A DNA stretch of 64,000 nt, taken from Mobula hypostoma. Its lineage: Eukaryota. The stretch lies in NCBI RefSeq assembly GCF_963921235.1, contig NC_086109.1:10170001-10234000 (forward strand). Direction: 5' to 3'. The notes under the pieces were generated by a model that saw only the letters and a program-made list of their open reading frames with translations, was not told the DNA's origin and did not search any database. Positions within the stretch are counted from its first letter, which is position 1, and each line of letters begins with the position of its first letter. Made by a program: the position numbers and the translations under genes. Of the stretch, positions 11,421 through 23,667 are shown piece by piece.

Positions 11421-13055
11421 CAGTGCCTATAAAGAGCATTCACCACTCTCGGAAGTTTTCATGTTTTATTGTTTTACAACATTGAACCACAGTGGATTTA
11501 ATTTGGCTTTGTTGACACTGATCAACAGAAAAGATCCTTTTATGTCAAAGTGAAAACAACTTTCTACAAATTGATTTAAGTTTATTAGAATTATTAAACA
11601 CAAAATAATTGACTGCATAATTACTCACCCCCTTCAAGTCAGTATTTAGTAGATGAACTTTTGGCAGCAATTACAGCCTTGACTCGATGTGAATAGGTCT
11701 CTACCAGCTTTGTACATATGGACACTACAATTTTTCCCCACCAACACACACAAAAAATGCCGATGAACGCAGTAGGCCAGGCAGCATCGATAGGAAGAGG
11801 TACAGTCCCCACTCAATTTTAAAATGTTTCAATTTTTCCCCACTCTTCTTTACAAAACTGCTCAAGCTCTGTTAGATTGCATGGGGATCGTGAGTGAACG
11901 GCCCTTTCCAAGTCCAGCCACAAATTCTCAATTGGATTGAGGTCTGGACTCTGACTTGGCCACTCCAGGACATTAGCTTTGTTGTTTTTAAACTATTCTT
12001 GTGTAGCTTTGGCTTCAGGCTTAGGGTCATTATCTTGCTGGAAAACAAATCTTTTCTAAATTCACAGATCTCTTGCAGACTGCATCAAGTTTTCCTCCAG
12101 GATTTCCCTGTGTTTTGCTGCATTCATTTTACCCTCTACCTTCACAAGCCTTCCAGGGCCTGCTGCAGTGAAACATCCCCACAGCATGATGCAGCCTCGA
12201 CCATGCTTCACAGGAAAGATGATGTGTTTTTGATGGTGTGCAATGTTTGGCATATGCCAAACATAGTATTTAGTCTGATGGCCAAAAAGCTCAATGTTGG
12301 TTTCGTCAGACTATAGAACCTTCTTCCAGCTGACTTCAGAGTCTCCCACATGCCTTCTGGCAAACTCTAGCTGAGATTTCATGTGAGTTTTTTTCAACAG
12401 TGGCTTTCTCTTTGCCACATTCCCATAAAGCTGTGACTGGTAAAGCACCTGGGCAACAGTTGTTGTATGTGCAATCTCTCCCATTTCAGCCACTGAAGCC
12501 TTTAACTCCTCCAGAGTTGTCATAGGTCTCTTGGTGGCATACCTCCCTAGTCCCCTTCTTGCACAGTCACTCAGTTTTTGAGGACAGCCTGCTCAAGGCA
12601 GATTTACAGCTGTACCATATTCTTTCCATTTCTTGATGATTGACCTAACTGTTCTCCAAGAGATATTCATGACTTGGAAATTTTCTTGTACCAGAAGTTG
12701 GACCTTCCAGATACAGGTGTTATTTTTACCACAGTCAATTGAAACACCTTGACTGCACATGGTGATCTCCATTTAACTCATTCTCTGTCTTCTAAACCTA
12801 ATTGTCAGCACCAGTGATGATTTGGTGTGTCATATTAAAGGGGAGGGGAATACTTATGCAATCAATTATTTTGTATTTTATATTTGTAATTAATTTAGAT
12901 CACTTTGTAGAGAGATGTTTTCACTTTGACACAAAATAATCTTTTTCTGTTGATCAGCATCAAATAAAGCCAAATTAAATCCACTGTGATTCAATGCTGT
13001 AAAACTATAACACTTGAAAACTTCCAAGGTGAGTGAATACTTTTTATAGGCACTG
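11421..13055 (-). mobile_element. Tc1-like DNA transposon (IR/DR type), full length but inactivated
   Basis: TIRs of about 215 bp, CAGTGCCTATAAA...TTTATAGGCACTG. Transposase remnants AKRKPLLKKTH, VKHGRGCIMLWGCF, FQQDNDPK and [15 protein letters not shown] carry stops and frameshifts. Confidence 0.93.
11742..11829 (-). mobile_element. Short Penelope pLTR-derived insertion inside the Tc1 transposase
   Basis: Contains GGCCAGGCAGCATCGATAGGAAGAGGTACAGTC. Flanked by the perfect 14-bp duplication CAATTTTTCCCCAC (11728-11741, 11830-11843). Confidence 0.8.
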
Positions 13056-13104
13056 TTCTTACAATATCACTCAAAAATTACTAATAGTAAACACACAGCA
13101 TTCA

Positions 13105-13318
13105 TGAGTTCATTGTCCATTCAGAAATCTGATTGTGAAGGCGGAGAAGCTGTTGCTGAAACACTGAGTGTCTGTCTTCAGGCTGTTGTACCTTCTCCCT
13201 GATGGGACCAATGAACAGAGGTGATGAGCGTCCTTAATGATAGATGCTGCCTTTCTGAAACATCGCCTTTCCAAGTTCTCCTGGATGCTCATGAGGCCAG
13301 AAGTACCCATGATGGAAG
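13105..13318 (-). mobile_element. Rex1/Babar 3' fragment
   Basis: RCFRKAASIIKD..PSGRRYNSLKT..FSNSF..TIRFLN motif. Confidence 0.7.
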
Positions 13319-13959
13319 TGCAAACACAAGGAAGTCTGCAGATGCTGAAAATTCAAGCAACACACACAAAAATTGCTGGTGGACGCAGCAGGCCAGGCAG
13401 CATCTCTAGGAAGAGGTACAGTCGACGTCCTTGAACACTCCCGCCATTTGCTTGCGCAGGTTTTCAGAGGCCTACCAGGTGCACCATCAGGGCCTGTGCC
13501 TTGTGAGGGTTCACCTTCGTGAAAGGTGAAACCTTTCCCATCCAAGTGTCTTTTAAATGCCATCAATGTACCTGTTCAACCATTTTCTCCTTTAGCTCAT
13601 TCTGTATATGCACCACCCTCCGTGTGAAGAAGTTGTCCCTCAGGTTCCTATTAAATCTCTCCCCACACACCTTCAACCTACGTTGTCTAGTTCTCAATTC
13701 CCTATTCCTGATAGAAAAGCTATCCCTATTCATACCTATGGTCTTTGATTGTATGCACACATGCAATTTCACCCCTCAAACTCCCACACACCATTTAGTC
13801 TATTCAGCCTCTCTCAATTCCCAGTCCCTCTAGTGCCAGCAAGATCCTCATAAATCTCCTCAGCCACGGTTCTGTTCAATGATAGAATAGGCTCAGGGGG
13901 CCAAATAGCCTTCTCCTCCTCCTGTTTCTATGTTTCTAGAGATGCTTTATAGAAATCGT

Positions 13960-14700
13960 TGATTATATCAAGTGTTGAGGTTGACAGAGTGGACGGCTTC
14001 AAGTTCCTTGGTGTGAGCATCACCAAGAGCATGTGATGGTCCACCCACATTGATGAACCAGCCAATAAATCTCACTGACATCTCTACTTCCTCAGGAAGC
14101 TATAGCATGTCCCCGAGGACTCTTACCAACTTTTATTGTTGCAGCATAGAAAGCCTTCTGCCTGGATGGGTAATGGCTTGTTATGGCAGTTGCTCGGCAC
14201 ACGACCGTAAGGAGACGCAGAGAGCTACGGACACATCTCAGTGCATCACAGGATGAACCTTCACTCCATAGACGCTGTATACACTTCCCACTGCCTCAGT
14301 AAAGGAGCCATCATAATCAAAGACCCCACCTACCCTGGACATCGTCCCTTCTTCCCTCTCCCTTCGAGCAGAAGAATCAAAAGCCTGATACCACCAGCCT
14401 CATGGACAGTTTCTATCTTGAATGGACCTCTCGTATGTTAAGATGAACTTTTGACCTCATCAAGACCCTTGTATGTTATCTCTACGTTCCCAACAGCAGC
14501 CCCAGATTTTTACCACTCACCCACACAATTTAAATACAAAAGCCTGAAGGCACATACAACCAGGTTCAACAACGGCCTCGAGCTTACTGTTATCAGATTC
14601 TTGTACAGAACTTTTATATGGCAAGAAGGACTCTTGACCTCACAATCTACCTCACTGTAATCTTGCACTTTATCACTTCAATGTTTCAGTAGGTTTTAAA
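13960..14700 (+). mobile_element. Degraded Rex1/Babar fragments
   Basis: FKFLGVSIT, LTNFYCCSIES and IIKDPTYPGH..PLPSSRR remnants. Confidence 0.65.
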
Positions 14701-14749
14701 CTTTATTCCTCATTATTATTAGTATTATACCAACTCATATTATTGTACC

Positions 14750-15230
14750 ATCACTGTGTAGTATGGCAATTGTCCCGTATCAGACCGCAAAGCACTCCAG
14801 TGTGTGGTGAAAACTGCCCAGCGGATTATAGGCACCCAATTGCCCATCATTGAGAACATCTACCAGAAGCGCTGTCTGGGCGGGGAAAAAAGCATTATCA
14901 GGGATGCATCTCACCCTAACCATGGGCTTTTTACTCTCCTCCCATCCGGTAGGCGCTACAGGAGCCTCCGCTCCTGCACCAGCAGGCACAGGAAGAGCTT
15001 CTTCCCTGAGGCTGTGACACTGCTGAATCTCTCATCACAGCGCTAAGCAGTATTGTACCCATATTGTACTGTCTCAGTACTTTTATATTTGTGTGCTGTA
15101 GCACTTACTTTTTATTCACAGTTATTTTCACTATTCTTTGCATTTCTGGTCAGATGCTAAATGCATTTTATTGGCTTTGTATCTGTACTTGGCACAATGA
15201 CAATAAAGTTGAATCTAATCTAATCTAATT
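14750..15230 (+). mobile_element. Rex1/Babar 3' fragment with (AATCT)n tail
   Basis: ORF 14804-15046 reads VKTAQRIIG..DASHPNHGLFTLLPSGRRYRS..SFFPEAVTLLN, followed by AATAAA and (AATCT)3. Confidence 0.85.
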
Positions 15231-15989
15231 TGAGCTCAATGCACTTTGTTCTCTATCAATATAGTCAATATAATATTTGACTATATTGTGTTACATGACA
15301 ATAATAAATCAATACCAATGCCAATAGCATTTTCATTGGGCCATTCAATTAACAAAATACACGTGAGTCTGCAAGTTAGAAGACAGGGCCCCTTGAGTTT
15401 GCTCTGCTCTTCAGTAAGGCATTAACATCCTAAGCAGACCTGATTATAATTTCAAATGCACATTCCCATCTTCCCCGGTCAAATATACTTGTTTAAAGGT
15501 CAAAGTAAACATTATTATCAAAGTACATATATGTCACCATATACAATCCTGAGAGTCATTTTCTTGTGGGCATACTCAGCAAATCTCTAGAATAGTAACT
15601 ATAACAGGATCAATGAAAGATCAACCAGAGTGCAGAAGACAACAAACTCTGCAAATCAGAATCAGAATCAGGTTTATTATCACCGGCATGTGGCATGAAA
15701 TTTGTTAACTTAGCAGCAGCAGTTCAATGCAATACATAATCTAGCAGAGAGAGAAATAATAATAATAAATAAAATAAAACAATAATAAATAAACAAGTAA
15801 ATCAATTATGTATATTGAATAGATTATTAAAAATGTGCTGTTCCTAAATTGCTGAGTGTGAGTGTGTATACTTCCTGAATACAAATGTAGATAACGAGAA
15901 CTTGAGATAGTGAGATAAAGAGTCCTTAAAGTGAGATCATTGGTTGTGGGAACATCTCAATGGATGGGGCAAGTGAAGTTGAGTGCAGT

Positions 15990-16455
15990 TACTCCTGGGA
16001 GTAAAATGGTTAACACTTCAAGAGATTTTGATGGCTCTGGGCCTGTACTCGCTGGAGATTAGAAGAATGAGGAGGGGTCTCTTTGAAATCTACTGAGAGT
16101 TGAAAAGCCTAGAGAGAGTGGAAAATACGTTTCCTGTAGTGAATGTGTCTTGGACAAGAGGACATAACCTCAGAATAGAGGGATGTCTATCTAGAACTGA
16201 GATGAAGAGGAATTTCTTTAGCCAGAGGATGGTGAATCTTTGGAAATCATTGCCATGAACAACTGTGGACGCCAAGTCACCGGGCATATTTAAAGCAGAG
16301 GCTGATAGGTTCTTGATTAATAAGGGTGTCTACGATTATGGGGGAAGGCAGGAGAATGGGGTTGAGAGGGATAATAAATCAGCCATGATGGAATGGCGGA
16401 GCAGTCAATGGGCCATTTGGTCTAATCCTGTCCTATGTCCAATGCTTTTATGGTT
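15990..16455 (+). mobile_element. CR1 3' fragment
   Basis: GGCCTGTACTCGCTGGAG...GAGATGAAGAGGAATTTCTTTAGCCAGAGG, the same family as the other CR1 tails in the window. Confidence 0.8.
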
Positions 16456-16829
16456 TTGCGGTCTCTCATCAGTTGAGATGCAGTTAGTGGGATTAATTAG
16501 AGCATGAATCTGCCCTGGCTTAGGATCAACAAAGTCAGCACATACCAGTGAAACCGGCTAATTATAAAGCAGGCGTGTCACGAGAACCCTATAAACATTT
16601 ATGAATGAATGACTTTAACAGCTGGATAATTTTTCACAAACTCTCTTCCCACTAAAAACAAAGGTGATTCTTATTTTAATTTTAAATTCAATTTTATTGA
16701 TGCCATAGGGATCCATGTCCAAATATAAAAGTCATAAAAACTAGCTTTTGCCGCAGCATCATGATCCATTACAGACATGACAAACATCAGATAATCTAAA
16801 CCTCCTCATGGGATTGTGTAAGATGCTAT

Positions 16830-17521
16830 TAGAAACATAGAAACATAGAAAACCTACAGCACAATACAGGCCCTTTGGCCCACAAAGCTGTGCCGAACAT
16901 GTCCTTACCTTAGAACTACCTAGGCTTACCCATAGCCCTCTATTTTTCTAAGCTCCATGTACCTATCCAGGAGACTCTTAAAAGACCCTATCGTCTCTGC
17001 CTCCACACCGCCGCCGGCAGCCCATTCCACGCACTCACCACTCTCTGCATAAAAAATTTACTCCAACATCTCCTCTGTACCTACTTCCAACCACCTTAAA
17101 ACTATGCCCTCTCATGATTGCCATTTCAACCCTGGGGAAAAGCCTTTGAGTATCCACACGATCAATGCCTCTCATCATCTTGTACACCTCTATCAGATCA
17201 CCTCTCATCCTCCATCACTCCACGGAGAAAAGGCCGAGTTCACTCAACCTATTCTAATGAGGCATGCTCCCCAATCCAGGCAACATCCTTGTAAATCTCC
17301 TCTGCACCCTTTCTATGGTTTCCACGTACTTCCTGTAGTGAGGCGACCAGAATTGAGCACAGTACTCCGAGTGGGGTCTGACCAGGGTCTTATATAGCTG
17401 TGACATTTCCTCTCGGCTCTAAAACTCAATCCCACGGTTGATGAAGGCCAATGAACCATATGTCTTCTTAACCACAGAATCAACCTGCATAGCAGCTTTG
17501 AGTGTCCTATAGACTCGGACC
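16830..17521 (-). mobile_element. CR1 3' fragment with (ATGTTTCT)n tail
   Basis: AGAAACATAGAAACATAGAAA tail. The RT C-terminal region is antisense (CTCCGAGTGGGGTCTGACCAGGGTCTTATA = YKTLVRPHSE). Confidence 0.85.
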
Positions 17522-19261
17522 CATTGCTGAACCTTGAGGCATGGGTCTTCAGGCTCCTGTACCTCCTGCCTGATGGCAACATCAAGAAGAGAGCATGCCC
17601 TTGCTGGTAAGCTGGTAAGAGTCCCTGATGATAGATGTTGCCTTCCTGAGACATCACCTCTTGTAGATGTCCTCAGTGGTGGGGATAGCTATACCCATGA
17701 TGAGACTGGACTATCCCCCGCATTCTGTAGCCACTCACATACCTGTCCTTTGGATTTACAATCCCAGATCATGAAGCAATGCTTGGTATGGAATGCTTTC
17801 CATGTGCATCTGTGGAATCTTGTCAAGAGTCTTCAATGACATGCTGAATCTTCTTAAACTTATAAGGAAGCAGAGACTCTGGTATTCAGTGGTGTACATC
17901 CATCACTAGCTAGTCAGTATGTGTTCAGGCTGCAGTGAGGAGAACCAGCAACACAGATTGCCTAAGATTACCAACCCTTGACTTACAGACACCCGTAAAC
18001 ATACAAGTGAGATCCCATAATATCACTAAACTCAAAAGTTCAACATTCTGTATGTACATGTATTGATTTCTACATTTCTCCTCTCTCTCTGTTAGTTTCC
18101 CTTCTCTCTGCACTTTTAGTATTTTTTTATTATGGAACAGAACAGCAGGGGAACAGGCTCGTTGTCCATGATGTCTGTAATGAACACGGTGTCAAATTAA
18201 ACTCAATATCTTCTGCTTGCACATGATCCTGATCCTTCCATTCCATGTCTTGCATATTTGTGTGTCTAACGGCCTCTTAAACACCATCATCATATCGGCT
18301 TCTACCATCACCACCGCTGGCGCAGCCCCTCCCAGGCACCTATCATTCTCTGTGTGAAAAAAAAACTTGACCCACACAGCTCCCTTAAACTTTCACCTTC
18401 TCACTTTAAATGCCTGTCCTCTGGTGCTGTATTTGGAACTTCCATCTTGGGAGAAAGATTCTGACTGACTTCTAACCATTGAACACATCGACCTGAAACA
18501 CTGTTGTTGGAAAGTAACATCGACCACCGGGGACACACCTCCCCCACCACCACCACCACCCAGGACACGCTCTCATCTCGCTGCTACCATCAGGAAGAAA
18601 GTACAGCAGCCTCAGGACTCACACCATTGGGTTCAGGAGCAGTTATTACCCCGTCGACCATCACTCTCTCAAACCAAAGGGGATAACTTCGCTCAACTTT
18701 ATTTGCTCGCTCATTGAACGGACTCACTTTCAAATACTCTTTTTTTTAGATTATCCCATGCTCTCAATATAATACTGATTTCTTATTTATTTGTTATTAT
18801 TGTTTCTCCTTTTTGTATTTGCACATTGTTTGTTGTCTTCTGCCCTCTGTTTGAACTCCTTAGTTGGGCGGTCTCTCATTGATTCTGTTACGGTTATTAT
18901 TCTATAGATTTATTGAGTATGCCCACCAGAAAAAGAATCTCAGGGTTGTATACGATGACATATATGTACTTTGATAACAAATTTACTTTGAACTTTGAAC
19001 TATGCCTCCCATAATTTTATAAACCTCTGTCAGGTCTCCACTAAGCTTCCAGTGTTCCGGAGAAAATAACTCAAGTTTGTCCAACTTCTCCAAATAGCTA
19101 AACAACAGTATCAGTTTTATGTTTTTGATGCCTTTCATTGCAATACTGTGGAGGTACAGTTACCATAATGAGAGGTTCTTGTGCAAATTCTGACTTGTCG
19201 ACAAAATCGACTTAAGGACAGCTGTAAAAACTGAACCTATTCATTTCCCAGGTTTATTTAT

Positions 19262-19560
19262 AGGCATCCGTTAGTCTCGTGAGACCATGGATTTGCGCCT
19301 TGGAAGGTTTCCAGGGCGCAGGCCTAGGCAGGTTGTATGGAAGACCAGCAGTTGCCCATGCTGCAAGTCTCCCCTCTCCACGACACCAATGTTGTCCAAG
19401 GGAAGGACATTAGGACCCATACAGCTTGGCACCGGTATCGTCACAGAGCAACGTGTGGTTAAGTGCCTTGCTCAAGGACGCAACACGCTGCCTCAGCCAA
19501 GGCTCAAACTAGCGGCCTTCAGATCACTAGACCGACGTCTTAACCACTTGGCCACGCGCC
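19262..19560 (-). mobile_element. tRNA-derived SINE, family A
   Basis: Reverse complement of 1157-1451, with A box TGGCCAAGTGG. Confidence 0.85.
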
Positions 19561-20159
19561 AACACAAGGTACAGGTACAGCATCCAATTAACTTGCTGGG
19601 TCTGGAGATGCATATAGACGAGACCAGATAGGAACGCTGACGGCTTTCCTTCACTGTAGGACGATAATGGAAAGGTGAGATTTACTGACAAAGCAGCATT
19701 CCCACTGTTGTGTATTAAATATTTCAATAATATTTCAGTAAACATATTCATATAAACATCTTGATTTAGCATTCTTGTTCTTTTAAATAATTCATTATGG
19801 GCTTTATATGTATAAATATATACACACATAAATATGTGAATTGCATACATCATCACGCTCCAGTTCATTATCACAAACAAGAGAAAATCTCCAGATGCTG
19901 GAAATCCAGGTAACACACACAAAATGCTGGGGGAACTCAGCAGGCCAGGCGGCATCTATGGAAAAAAGTACAGTCGACGTTTCGGGCTGAGACCCTTTGG
20001 TAGGACTGGAGTGAAAAAGTAGATGAGGAGTAGATATAAAAAGTGGGGGTGGGGAGAGAATATTTTTATTAGCATCACCAGTTTATCATCACCAACATTT
20101 GTCATGTGTTTTGCTGCTTTACAGTACGGTGCAATACGTAATATACCATAAATTACAGT

Positions 20160-20440
20160 CCTTCCTAGCGTGTCGCACCAGACAATCAGCCATTCTTGTC
20201 TGGCGTGTAGTGTCAGGATTGGTCTCCTTTCGGATTAACCGGGTCATGATATGAACGCTCCCGACTCGACCCTTGTTTTTTTACGAGGCCGAGTGGCTAG
20301 CTCGACGCTCAACCCGGCGTGGATGGAAATCGTGCCCGGGGGGGGGCGGGGGGGTGGGTGGTGCGGTGGCCCGACCTGGATTCGAACTCGGGAGCCTTCG
20401 CTCCGAAGTGCAGCGCTGATGCCACTACGCCACCAGCCAG
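20160..20440 (-). mobile_element. tRNA-derived SINE, family B
   Basis: Minus-strand A box TGGCGTAGTGG and B box GAGTTCGAATCC. 14-bp TSD CCATAAATTACAGT (20146-20159, 20441-20454). Confidence 0.85.
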
Positions 20441-20454
20441 CCATAAATTACAGT

Positions 20455-21330
20455 AAGAAATATATATAAATTAAGCAGTGCAGGCAAAAAAAGAGAGCAA
20501 AAATAGTAAGGGGCTGTTCATAGGTTGATGGACCATTCAGAAATCTGTTAGTGGAGAGGAAGAAGCCGGTTCTAAAATGTTGAGTTGTGTGCCTTCAGGC
20601 TCCTGTACCTGCTCCTTGATGGTAGCAATGAAAAGGGGGCATGTCCTGGCTGATGGCGGTCCTTAATGATGGATGTAGCCTTTCTGAAGCATCGCCTTTT
20701 GAAGATGTCCTGGATGCTGGGGAGGGTAGCGCCTCTGGCGGAGCTGGCTAAGTTTGCAACAGTCTGCTGTTTCTCTGACCTTGTGTAGTGGCCCCTCCAT
20801 ACCAGGCAGTGATGCAATGTGAGAATGCTGTCCACGGGACACTCGCAGATACTCGCTAGAGTCTTGAGGGACGCACAAATCTCCTCAAGCTCATCGCGGA
20901 ATATATTCCTGATTCATTTTAACTGACAGAATCAGAATCAGGTTTAATATCACCAGCAGATGTCATGAAGATTGTTAACTTTGCAACAGCAATACAATGT
21001 ATTGCATGATAACAGAGAGAAAAAAGAAAATTGGTTAAATTAAATAAGTAGTGCAAAAATAGGAAATAAAAAAGTAGTGTGGTAGTGTTCATGTGCTCAA
21101 TGTCCATTTAGGAATCAGATGGCAAAAGGGAAGAAGCTGTTCCTGAATCACTGAGTGTTTGCCTTCAGGCTTCTGTACCTCCTTCCCGATGGTAGCAATG
21201 AGAAGACGGCGTGTCCTGGCTAGTGGGGCCCTTAATGATGGGCGACCCGTTTCTGAGGGTCCTTGAAGATGTCATGATGGAGCTGGCTAATTTTACAACT
21301 CTTTGCAGCGTATATCGATCTTGTGCAGTA
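20455..21330 (-). mobile_element. Two tandem Rex1/Babar 3' fragments
   Basis: LPSIQDIFKRRCFRKATSIIKD..PGHAPFSLLPSRSRYRSLKAH. (TCTGAT)n tail near 20927-20941. Confidence 0.75.
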
Positions 21331-21625
21331 GCACCCCCCCGGCACCCCCTCCCACCCCAGCCAGACCAGAAATTAAACCTCATAGCTGTTTGGATGGAGC
21401 TTAGCTACTGACTGTAGATCTTTCTACATTCCTGGACACTATGATTTCTGGTAGTTAATCATCGCCTCGTGAGAACAGTAAATCCCCACAATCAACAAAT
21501 GAGATGAGAAAGCCTTGCCCATCCACTTGGGAAAACAGAATATTTTTGTTCTATTCACCCTTTGTTGTTGTAATGCTACTGGAAAGGGAGGGGAGGCAAA
21601 CATACACCAGCCTACATTCAGAATT

Positions 21626-21758
21626 CTGGAGCAACTCAGCAGGCCAGGCAGCATCTATGGAAAGGAGTACAGTCGATGTTTCAGGCCGAGACCCTTGGCC
21701 CAAAATGTCGACTGTACGCCTTTCCATAGATGCTGTCTGGCCTGCTGAGTTCCCCCAG
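21626..21758. repeat. Near-perfect hairpin made of two inverted pLTR arms
   Basis: AACTCAGCAGGCCAGGCAGCATCTATGGAAAGGAGTACAGTCGA pairs with TCGACTGTACGCCTTTCCATAGATGCTGTCTGGCCTGCTGAGTT. Arms are about 60 bp with a short loop. Confidence 0.9.
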
Positions 21759-21990
21759 CGTTGTACGTGTGTTGCTTGGATTTCCAGCATCTGCAGGTCT
21801 CCTGCTGTTTGTGGCCAGTCTACATTGGTGGATCAGAAATGGAGAGGGTCAACTCCTTTAAATTCCTGGGTGTTATCATATTGGATGATGCATATATGCT
21901 TGTCCCAGCACACAGATGCAATCACGAGGAATTCACACCAGCATCTTTACTTCCTTAGAGGGCAGTTCAGCTTATCACTGAATACTCTAA

Positions 21991-22443
21991 AGGCTGATTT
22001 ATACTTGTGCATACGGGCTACACCGTAGGCCTGATTTATACTTTTGTGTAGCCCTACACCATAGCGAGCATGCGTAGTTGAGTCTGCGTCGCTCTGCAAT
22101 TCACTGCCAAAACGCTAGTTGGCAGTGGGGTTTCCATGCCACCGTGTTGAGGTTCTTCGTGAGAGACAGGGACGAGGAAATGCATTTCAAATATTTTCAG
22201 ATGTCGGCAGGTAGATTTGACGATTTGGTTCATCGTCTCCAACCATTTATTTCACATCAGTGTACAGACATGGCAAAGAAAAGCAACCAGAAATACGATA
22301 CTACCATGCGGACCAATCACAGTTGTTGCAGTCTGCGTCGCCGTGACGCGTGAGTTACGTTTTTGGGGAGATGCACGTCACCCTACAGCGTAGGGTACAT
22401 GGTACCTATGGCGTAATTTTGACGCAGAAGTATAAATTGGGCT
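21991..22443 (+). mobile_element. PIF/Harbinger non-autonomous element with transposase remnant
   Basis: TIR AGGCTGATTTATACTT...AAGTATAAATTGGGCT with 3-bp TSD TAA/TAA. Internal [28 protein letters not shown] resembles the Harbinger transposase N-terminal F..YFRMS..F..L motif. Inserted in a Rex1 remnant. Confidence 0.8.
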
Positions 22444-22961
22444 TAACACACTTCTAAAGATATACTGTTGAAAGTGTCCTGACTGGCTGCAAGATGGTCT
22501 GGTACAGCATTTTGAAAGCACAGCAATGAAGGAAGCTGCAGAAAATCAGCCCCACACATTGCGGACATATCTCTGCCCACCATCATTAATATCTCACAAA
22601 GGCACCATCTCTCATCAAAGATCCCTTCCATTCAAGAATTCAAATATTCAAAGTACATTTATTATCAAAGAATTTATAAATTATATGCCTTGAAATTTGT
22701 CTGCTTGCAGGCAGCCATAAAGCAAGGAACTTGAATACCCCAGTGTAAACAAAAGCAAAATCTGCTGCTCAGAGAAAGAGAAAGAAAAATAAAATGCCCA
22801 CTGTGCAAACAATAGAAATAAGCCAACAGCATGCTGAACCAGACAGAGCCCAATTCCTGCTCCCAGAGCAGCCGGAGAAGATCCAAGCTAAATTTCAGTC
22901 AACCCACATCAAAGTTGCTGGTGAACGCAGAAGGCCAGGCAGCATCTCTAGGAAGAGGTAC

Positions 22962-22997
22962 AGTCGACGTTTCAGGCCGAGACCCTTCGTCAGGACT
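22962..22997 (-). ncRNA. Minimal type I hammerhead ribozyme motif, intact core
   Basis: The minus strand reads AGTC CTGACGA A GGGT-CTCG-GCCT GAAA C GTC GACT: stem I AGUC/GACU, CUGANGA and GAAA boxes, GUC cleavage triplet. Confidence 0.8.
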
Positions 22998-23667
22998 AAC
23001 TGGTGTGCACTAAACCTCGGTCTCCAGTTTTCACACCAGTGGAGCAGGAACGGACAGTAGCCGGATCAGTTCACAACTTCAGCGCTGCGGAATAAGGAAC
23101 GAACTGTTGCAGGAGAGCGAGCAAAATCAGCCTGACCCTTGCCTCCATACCCGACTCTTGGGCTTCCAGCCTATCAGTGCCGGTGTTTAAATTGTCCAAG
23201 CACCAAGCAGTGCCACGTTCAAGGACCTGGATCCCGGTGCCCTGATACATCTGGGCTGCCACTCGATCTCCAGTAACGATATGAACTTGTCTGCACACCC
23301 GGCAGCTCAAATATGTTGCACCGCGCAATGTCGCAGCACCGCTCATCCCCCGAACCAGCCTCGTCTCTGCCTGCCTCCTCGCTGTCCGCAGTGATAGTTC
23401 ACCATAATATGCTTCATGAAAGATGTTATAAGTAATGTTTTTAGTCAATCTTTTGCCTTTTGAACTACCAGTAAACTGTCGCACCTCTCCAGCAGTGCCA
23501 TCTTAAACCGGAAGGAAATGCCATTTCCTCATAGTTACCATCATTTAGGAAGTACAGGTTCAAGAACAGTAACTTTCCTTCAACTATTCATTCTTGAGCT
23601 AGCTTAATCACTTTGGAAGGTTAAACTTAAAGACAGAATACAGGGTTAATACTCCTCTACAATAAAC

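Noticed and set aside
20334..20370. G-quadruplex-like G run (also the poly-G near 47479)
   Set aside because: It is a homopolymer expansion (inside a SINE at 20334), with no evidence of function.
23071..23484. 137-aa minus-strand ORF in CpG-rich sequence (possible second promoter or gene)
   Set aside because: It lies in a repeat-like unit bounded by an AAGATGGC head and a LINE-type tail, with no protein motif or splice pattern.
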